This document shows positions 27,592-32,000 of a DNA stretch of 32,000 bases, in pieces. The first letter of the stretch is position 1. Each line of letters starts with the position of its first letter. The notes beneath the pieces were generated by a model, which saw nothing but the letters and a program-made list of their open reading frames with translations, did not search any database and was not told the origin of the DNA. A program made the position numbers and the translations under genes. Source of the stretch: Vibrio vulnificus CMCP6. Its GTDB lineage: Bacteria > Pseudomonadota > Gammaproteobacteria > Enterobacterales > Vibrionaceae. Location: positions 1,170,001 through 1,202,000 of the forward strand of contig NC_004459.3 of the NCBI RefSeq assembly GCF_000039765.1, given 5' to 3'.

Positions 27592-28077
27592 ATGAAAGCA
27601 AGTTATTGGTTAGGTGCCTTGGTCATTCTGACATTGTCAGGAGCCGCAAATGCCAGCATTGAGATCAAAGCGAAGCGGATGCTGACTGAAAAAACCATGA
27701 CGGAAAATATGGCGAAGGTGCAAAGTGCATGCGGAAACCAAACGCTGCAGGCCAATATCGATTGGAGTGCTTGGGATGGCTACAACTTTTCGGAAGAAAG
27801 ATTGGACCCGGTAAAAACCACCGGTTGGCTTGGTGGTCTGATCAACTACATCTATGACGATATGGTGAAGCTTTGCACGACGACTGAACATGCCGAATTA
27901 TACAAAGCAGAGTTCCAAAAAGTAGAGAAGATCCAATTTGCAGGTCAGGAGTCAATTAAAGCTCGCAAGTCCTCATTCGCATTAGCAGATGGCGGCAAAG
28001 TGCTGAATGTTTCGTTGAATCCGAATGCAGCGTATGACTCTTCGACGTTGAAGTACATCAAGCAAGCTTGGAACTAA
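27592..28077 (+). CDS. hypothetical exported protein (161 aa, Sec signal peptide, 2 Cys)
   Basis: N-terminus MKASYWLGALVILTLSGAANA|SIE, with GGAG about 8 nt upstream of the ATG. I recognise no family. Confidence 0.7.
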   Translation: MKASYWLGALVILTLSGAANASIEIKAKRMLTEKTMTENMAKVQSACGNQTLQANIDWSAWDGYNFSEERLDPVKTTGWLGGLINYIYDDMVKLCTTTEHAELYKAEFQKVEKIQFAGQESIKARKSSFALADGGKVLNVSLNPNAAYDSSTLKYIKQAWN

Positions 28078-28081
28078 TGAC

Positions 28082-28822
28082 ATGAAGAAGACCATTCTCT
28101 CTCTCTTAGCCATGTCATTAAGTTTTTCAGCCAGTGCGAGCGACGCTTACAGTATGGAAGATTTGAAGGCGCTGCAAGCTTCGCAAAGTTGGCAAGAATT
28201 ATTGGCACATGCGAACGATATTCGCCCATCACAGCGTGACACTCAGTGGAAGGCGTTAGTGGAGCAAGCAGCACTGGGTTCTTTTACTCAGTCTATCCAA
28301 GCGGGAAATAGCGACAAAGCGATTTATCTTGGGCAAGAAGTGCTACAGGTGTATCCATTTTTGAGTCAGTCAGACGCTTTCACGCAAACTTTCTCTGAAC
28401 AGTTGGTCAAAGCGGCGCAACCGTGCGTGCGTTACTCTGCTGAAAGCTGTGTGGAGAATTATGGCAATCTGCTTGCAACCTTATCGCCCAAAGCGGAGTT
28501 GAGCTTTGCTGAAGGGGTTAAAGTTTACCAGAACGTATCTAAGTCTCTATCAGTGCCATTTTTTGCTTCTGCGGTGAAGCAATCATCTCAATACTGTGCG
28601 GATGAAAAAGTAGCGAATGCGCTGCTGTACACTTTAGATCGCCCACAAAATGCGAATTTTGCCTTGGCAAAAGAAGTGGCAACCACCGTTTGTGTCGGGA
28701 CGGCTTTAGCAAATTTTGAAAATTATGTTATCGAATCCAAATCGGTTCGAGCGGCTCTTTGTCCGACTTATGTCAGCAAAGGCTATGTAAAAGGCATCAT
28801 TAAACAAGTGTGTGAATCTTGA
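28082..28822 (+). CDS. hypothetical exported protein (246 aa, Sec signal peptide, 6 Cys, helical)
   Basis: N-terminus MKKTILSLLAMSLSFSASA|SDA. It starts 4 nt after the upstream stop and so is probably co-transcribed. I recognise no family. Confidence 0.7.
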   Translation: MKKTILSLLAMSLSFSASASDAYSMEDLKALQASQSWQELLAHANDIRPSQRDTQWKALVEQAALGSFTQSIQAGNSDKAIYLGQEVLQVYPFLSQSDAFTQTFSEQLVKAAQPCVRYSAESCVENYGNLLATLSPKAELSFAEGVKVYQNVSKSLSVPFFASAVKQSSQYCADEKVANALLYTLDRPQNANFALAKEVATTVCVGTALANFENYVIESKSVRAALCPTYVSKGYVKGIIKQVCES

Positions 28823-28842
28823 TTAGATGCAACTTAAATGTG

Positions 28843-28871
28843 AAAGGTCACCAGATTGGTGGCCTTTTAAT
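28843..28871 (+). terminator. rho-independent terminator of the two-gene exported-protein operon
   Basis: AAAGGTCACCA-GAT-TGGTGGCCTTTTAATTT (one G-U pair). Confidence 0.75.
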
Positions 28872-28887
28872 TTGTTGAAAAATAAAT

Positions 28888-28960
28888 AAAAAAAACCCTC
28901 CGAGAGGGAGGGGGTAAGTAAGATGTCGTTATGAGATGCTGAACACTGAGTGTTCAGTTT
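28888..28960 (-). ncRNA. candidate small RNA (about 70 nt; the 5' end could lie further upstream, near 29000)
   Basis: The minus strand has a consensus TATAAT (28969-28964). It is followed by an 8-bp hairpin CTGAACAC-TCA-GTGTTCAG, then about 27 nt of unpaired C/U-rich sequence. It ends in a strong terminator CCCTCC-CTCTC-GGAGGG + T8 (28914-28888). There is no credible ORF or SD in this interval. Confidence 0.4.
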
Positions 28961-29136
28961 GTAATTATAGTTTTCGCTAGCGAACAAATTTTTAACACTG
29001 TTACTTGTTGGGTGCAAACTAAGCATTGATTTAAAAGTTAATAACTTGATCCAGGGCGCAAAGCAGGCGGTATTTTGTGCTAAATCAGTGTTAGAATGGC
29101 GCTCTTATAAAAAAGCCTAACAACTGGAATTACGGA

Positions 29137-30204
29137 ATGACTGAATTAAAAAATGATCGTTATCTGCGTGCATTACTGAAAGAGCCTGTAGATTGCACAC
29201 CGGTATGGATGATGCGTCAGGCAGGTCGTTACCTACCAGAATACAAAGCAACGCGTGCTCAAGCTGGCGATTTCATGTCTTTGTGTAAAAATGCAGAGCT
29301 TGCGTCTGAAGTGACTCTTCAACCACTGCGCCGCTTTCCGCTGGATGCTGCCATTCTGTTCTCTGATATCCTGACTATCCCAGATGCGATGGGATTGGGT
29401 CTGCGCTTCTCAACAGGCGAAGGCCCGATCTTCGATAACCCAATCACATGCAAAGCAGACGTCGAAAAAATCGGCGTGCCGGATCCAGAAGGTGAGCTGC
29501 AATATGTCATGAACGCTGTGCGTCAAATCCGCAAAGACTTGAACGGTGACGTACCGCTGATTGGTTTTTCTGGTAGCCCGTGGACACTCGCCACTTACAT
29601 GGTTGAAGGCGGCAGCTCAAAAGCCTTCACTAAGATCAAGAAAATGATGTACGCAGAACCACAAACTCTGCACCTACTTCTCGATAAGCTAGCAGACAGC
29701 GTTATCGAATACCTAAACGCGCAAATTAAAGCAGGTGCGCAATCAGTGATGGTATTTGATACGTGGGGGGGCGTACTGACGCCGCGTGACTACAACCTCT
29801 TCTCACTGCAATACATGCATAAGATTGTGGATGGCCTGATTCGTGAAAACGATGGCCGCCGTGTACCCGTGACGCTCTTTACGAAGAATGGTGGCATGTG
29901 GCTAGAGCAGATTGCGGCTACGGGTTGTGATGCCGTTGGTCTTGATTGGACCATCAACATTGCAGACGCAAAAGCGCGTGTCGGTGACAAAGTGGCCCTG
30001 CAAGGCAATATGGATCCATCGATGCTCTACGCATCTCACGATCGCATTCGTGAAGAAGTGGCCTCTATCCTAGAAGGATTTGGCCATGGTGGTACTGGAC
30101 ACGTGTTCAACTTGGGTCACGGTATCCATCTTGACGTTCCACCAGAAAACGCAGGTGTCTTTGTTGAGGCGGTTCACGAGCTTTCTAAGCCATACCACCA
30201 ATAA
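29137..30204 (+). CDS. hemE: uroporphyrinogen decarboxylase
   Basis: 355 aa, [35 protein letters not shown]..., collinear with E. coli HemE. Confidence 0.97.
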   Translation: MTELKNDRYLRALLKEPVDCTPVWMMRQAGRYLPEYKATRAQAGDFMSLCKNAELASEVTLQPLRRFPLDAAILFSDILTIPDAMGLGLRFSTGEGPIFDNPITCKADVEKIGVPDPEGELQYVMNAVRQIRKDLNGDVPLIGFSGSPWTLATYMVEGGSSKAFTKIKKMMYAEPQTLHLLLDKLADSVIEYLNAQIKAGAQSVMVFDTWGGVLTPRDYNLFSLQYMHKIVDGLIRENDGRRVPVTLFTKNGGMWLEQIAATGCDAVGLDWTINIADAKARVGDKVALQGNMDPSMLYASHDRIREEVASILEGFGHGGTGHVFNLGHGIHLDVPPENAGVFVEAVHELSKPYHQ

Positions 30205-30226
30205 AAAGCACTCTCTGTTAGCCATT

Positions 30227-30252
30227 AAAAACCAGCTTCGGCTGGTTTTTTG
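30227..30252. terminator. bidirectional rho-independent terminator (hemE and the convergent UDG-family gene)
   Basis: AAAAACCAGC-TTCG-GCTGGTTTTTTG, with an A-run upstream and a T-run downstream. Confidence 0.85.
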
Positions 30253-30319
30253 TTTGTCGGTTCTACCTCAGCGGTGTACAGCGAAAGGTGCTTTTGGGTT
30301 GCCATGATCTCAATGCTTT

Positions 30320-30913
30320 TTAGATCTCAACCTTGCTCGGGGAAAGTAGCTGATGCACTTGTTGGCGAAGGTAGGGCACGGTTTGTTCTTCAAACCAAGG
30401 ATTCTTTCTCAACCACAGTGTATTTCTTGGCGAGGGATGAGGAAGTGGCAGGTAATCGGGTAGCCAAGCTTGCCAATTTTGTACCGTTTCAGTCAGTGTT
30501 TTTGGTTTGTTCGACAGATAACGGTTTTGTGCATATTGACCAATCAACAGTGTCAGTTCGATATTGGGTAAGTGTTTCAGTAAGGCCTCATGCCACAGTG
30601 GTGCGCACTCTTTTCGTGGCGGAAGATCGCCAGATTGCCCTCGTCCGGGATAGCAAAATCCCATCGGCATGATGGCGATCTGTTTTGGGTCATAAAAAGT
30701 CGGCTTTTCAATGTCTAACCACACTCTTAAGCGATTACCACTGGCATCATTCCACGGAATGGAAGTGTGGTGGACTTTGGTGCCTGGCGCTTGTCCGATG
30801 ATCAAAATTTTCGCCTCTGAGTGAGCTTGAACCACAGGGTTAGCACCTAGCGGCAAGGCGGAGGCACACACTTGGCAAGCCCGGATTTGAGTTAACAGCG
30901 GCTCAAGTGGCAT
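30320..30913 (-). CDS. uracil-DNA glycosylase superfamily protein (family 4/5-like, probable 4Fe-4S)
   Basis: 197 aa with motif A ILIIGQAPG, motif B HPSPRN, and Cys pattern C13-x2-C16 ... C87-x16-C104, typical of Fe-S UDGs. Confidence 0.8.
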   Translation of the reverse strand: MPLEPLLTQIRACQVCASALPLGANPVVQAHSEAKILIIGQAPGTKVHHTSIPWNDASGNRLRVWLDIEKPTFYDPKQIAIMPMGFCYPGRGQSGDLPPRKECAPLWHEALLKHLPNIELTLLIGQYAQNRYLSNKPKTLTETVQNWQAWLPDYLPLPHPSPRNTLWLRKNPWFEEQTVPYLRQQVHQLLSPSKVEI

Positions 30914-30916
30914 GCA

Positions 30917-31843
30917 TCAATACCCTTTGGTGAAGCTGACTTGATGGTTGAGCGGGTACCCTTCAAGCCAACGATGGTAATTTTCTGCAAACAGCGCCAT
31001 CACTTTCTCAGGAAAGCTCAGCGCGGCAATATGCGGCGTGATAGTGATTTGTTTGAGCCCCCAAAATGGATGATCCGTGACGAGGGGTTCTTGTTCAAAT
31101 ACATCTAAGAACGCATGTTCAACCCAGTGATTTTTAATCGCCAAAAGTAGTGCCGCATTGTCAATAACGTCCCCACGTCCAACATTAAATAATAGAGCAT
31201 GACGACAGTGACTTAGGCTCGCTTGGTTCAACAAGTGGTGAGTGTGTTTTGTGCTAGGCAGAGTGTTGACTACGATGTGCGCTTGCTTCAAGGCCGCTGC
31301 CAGCTCATTGATGTGATAGGTTTGCTGAAAATGGCTACCGTTTGGCGGAATGCCTGTGCGATTGACGCCAATGGTGTGTAACCCCATCGCCGAGCAGGCA
31401 TGCGCAAGATGATTACCTATGCTCCCAGTGCCTAAGATGGTGATCGTTTTGCCCTCTAGGGAAGAGTAGGGATGCGGTTGCCAGAGACGTTGCTGTTGCT
31501 GCTCCGCATAGCGGGCCAAGTGGCGATAGTGTTGAATGGCGTAGCCGATGACGTATTCCGCAATCAAGGGGCCAAAAATCCCACGGACATTGGTTAGCTT
31601 GTAATCTCGTCGTAACTCAGGTTGCATGAGCGCGTTCACGCCAGCGTAAGTCGATTGTAGCCATTCGAGCTGATGGCACTCAGACAAGCGTGGGGCAATG
31701 TGAGGTGGCGCCGCGAGGATGATATTGGCTTGCTCGATGTCCTCAGTGAGTGCTAAATCGGGTAACGCGTGATCAGCAAGCAGTTGGCGATAGGTCTCGT
31801 TGTCTTCGGTAACAATGAAAATCTTGTGTTTTGACTGATGCAT
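30917..31843 (-). CDS. D-2-hydroxyacid dehydrogenase family protein (GhrA-like glyoxylate/hydroxypyruvate reductase)
   Basis: 308 aa with NAD-binding GTGSIGNHLA, catalytic-type R (NVGRGDVID), E (LDVFEQEPL) and H (ITPHIAA). The C-terminal ...TKGY resembles E. coli GhrA. Confidence 0.85.
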   Translation of the reverse strand: MHQSKHKIFIVTEDNETYRQLLADHALPDLALTEDIEQANIILAAPPHIAPRLSECHQLEWLQSTYAGVNALMQPELRRDYKLTNVRGIFGPLIAEYVIGYAIQHYRHLARYAEQQQQRLWQPHPYSSLEGKTITILGTGSIGNHLAHACSAMGLHTIGVNRTGIPPNGSHFQQTYHINELAAALKQAHIVVNTLPSTKHTHHLLNQASLSHCRHALLFNVGRGDVIDNAALLLAIKNHWVEHAFLDVFEQEPLVTDHPFWGLKQITITPHIAALSFPEKVMALFAENYHRWLEGYPLNHQVSFTKGY

Positions 31844-31909
31844 TAACTTTTTTCCCTGTGGCGAATCAAGTACACTTCCGCTGTCTTTTTCCGCAATGAT
31901 TGAGTGATT

Positions 31910-32000
31910 ATGCTACAGAATCCCCTACAGGTCCGTTTAGAAAAACTGGAACCTTGGCAACAAATAACCTTCATGACGTGTTTGTGTGAACGTATGTACC
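31910..32000 (+). CDS. yjaG: YjaG (DUF416) family protein, 5' partial (runs off the window)
   Basis: MLQNPLQVRLEKLEPWQQITFMTCLCERMY closely matches the N-terminus of E. coli YjaG. Confidence 0.8.
   Translation, partial: MLQNPLQVRLEKLEPWQQITFMTCLCERMY

Noticed and set aside
28823-29026. 67-aa minus-strand ORF between the exported-protein operon and hemE
   Set aside because: It has no SD and would have to be translated through two terminator hairpins and a T8 tract. The interval is better explained as a noncoding RNA or regulatory region.
30080-30672. Plus-strand ORFs of 75 and 140 aa
   Set aside because: The first runs out of frame from the hemE 3' end through the hemE terminator. The second crosses the terminator's T-run and is then antisense to the well-supported UDG-family gene. 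Neither has homology signatures.

Overview
This looks like a core chromosomal segment of a Vibrio-type gammaproteobacterium. The 16S V3 region and the strong CTA-Leu preference in highly expressed genes resemble the V. vulnificus / V. parahaemolyticus group, but the species was not verified. Left to right: (1) a complete rrn operon, with a P2-like promoter, boxA, 16S, an ITS carrying tRNA-Glu/Lys/Val, 23S, 5S, tRNA-Asp and a terminator; (2) a decayed IS630-family element with a 161-bp tandem duplication of its transposase-3' end and a frameshifted transposase; (3) pssA and a small GNAT gene on the minus strand; (4) murB-birA, convergent coaA, then thrU-tyrU-glyT-thrT-tuf, secE-nusG, rplKAJL-rpoBC; (5) rsd (-), nudC (+), a two-gene operon for signal-peptide proteins of unknown function, a candidate minus-strand sRNA, hemE; (6) a minus-strand pair (D-2-hydroxyacid dehydrogenase, then a UDG-superfamily glycosylase) and the 5' end of yjaG. 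About 85% of the window is highly conserved housekeeping sequence. I found no CRISPR array, prophage, toxin-antitoxin pair or recognisable defence island, and no convincing new multi-gene system. The best leads for follow-up are the nudC-hemE insert (secreted-protein pair, Fur-box-like site, convergent terminator-defined sRNA candidate), the atypical Fe-S UDG-family gene coupled to a dehydrogenase where E. coli carries nfi, and the rearranged IS630 remnant. Coordinates were counted by hand, so RNA ends and motif positions may be off by 1-3 nt.
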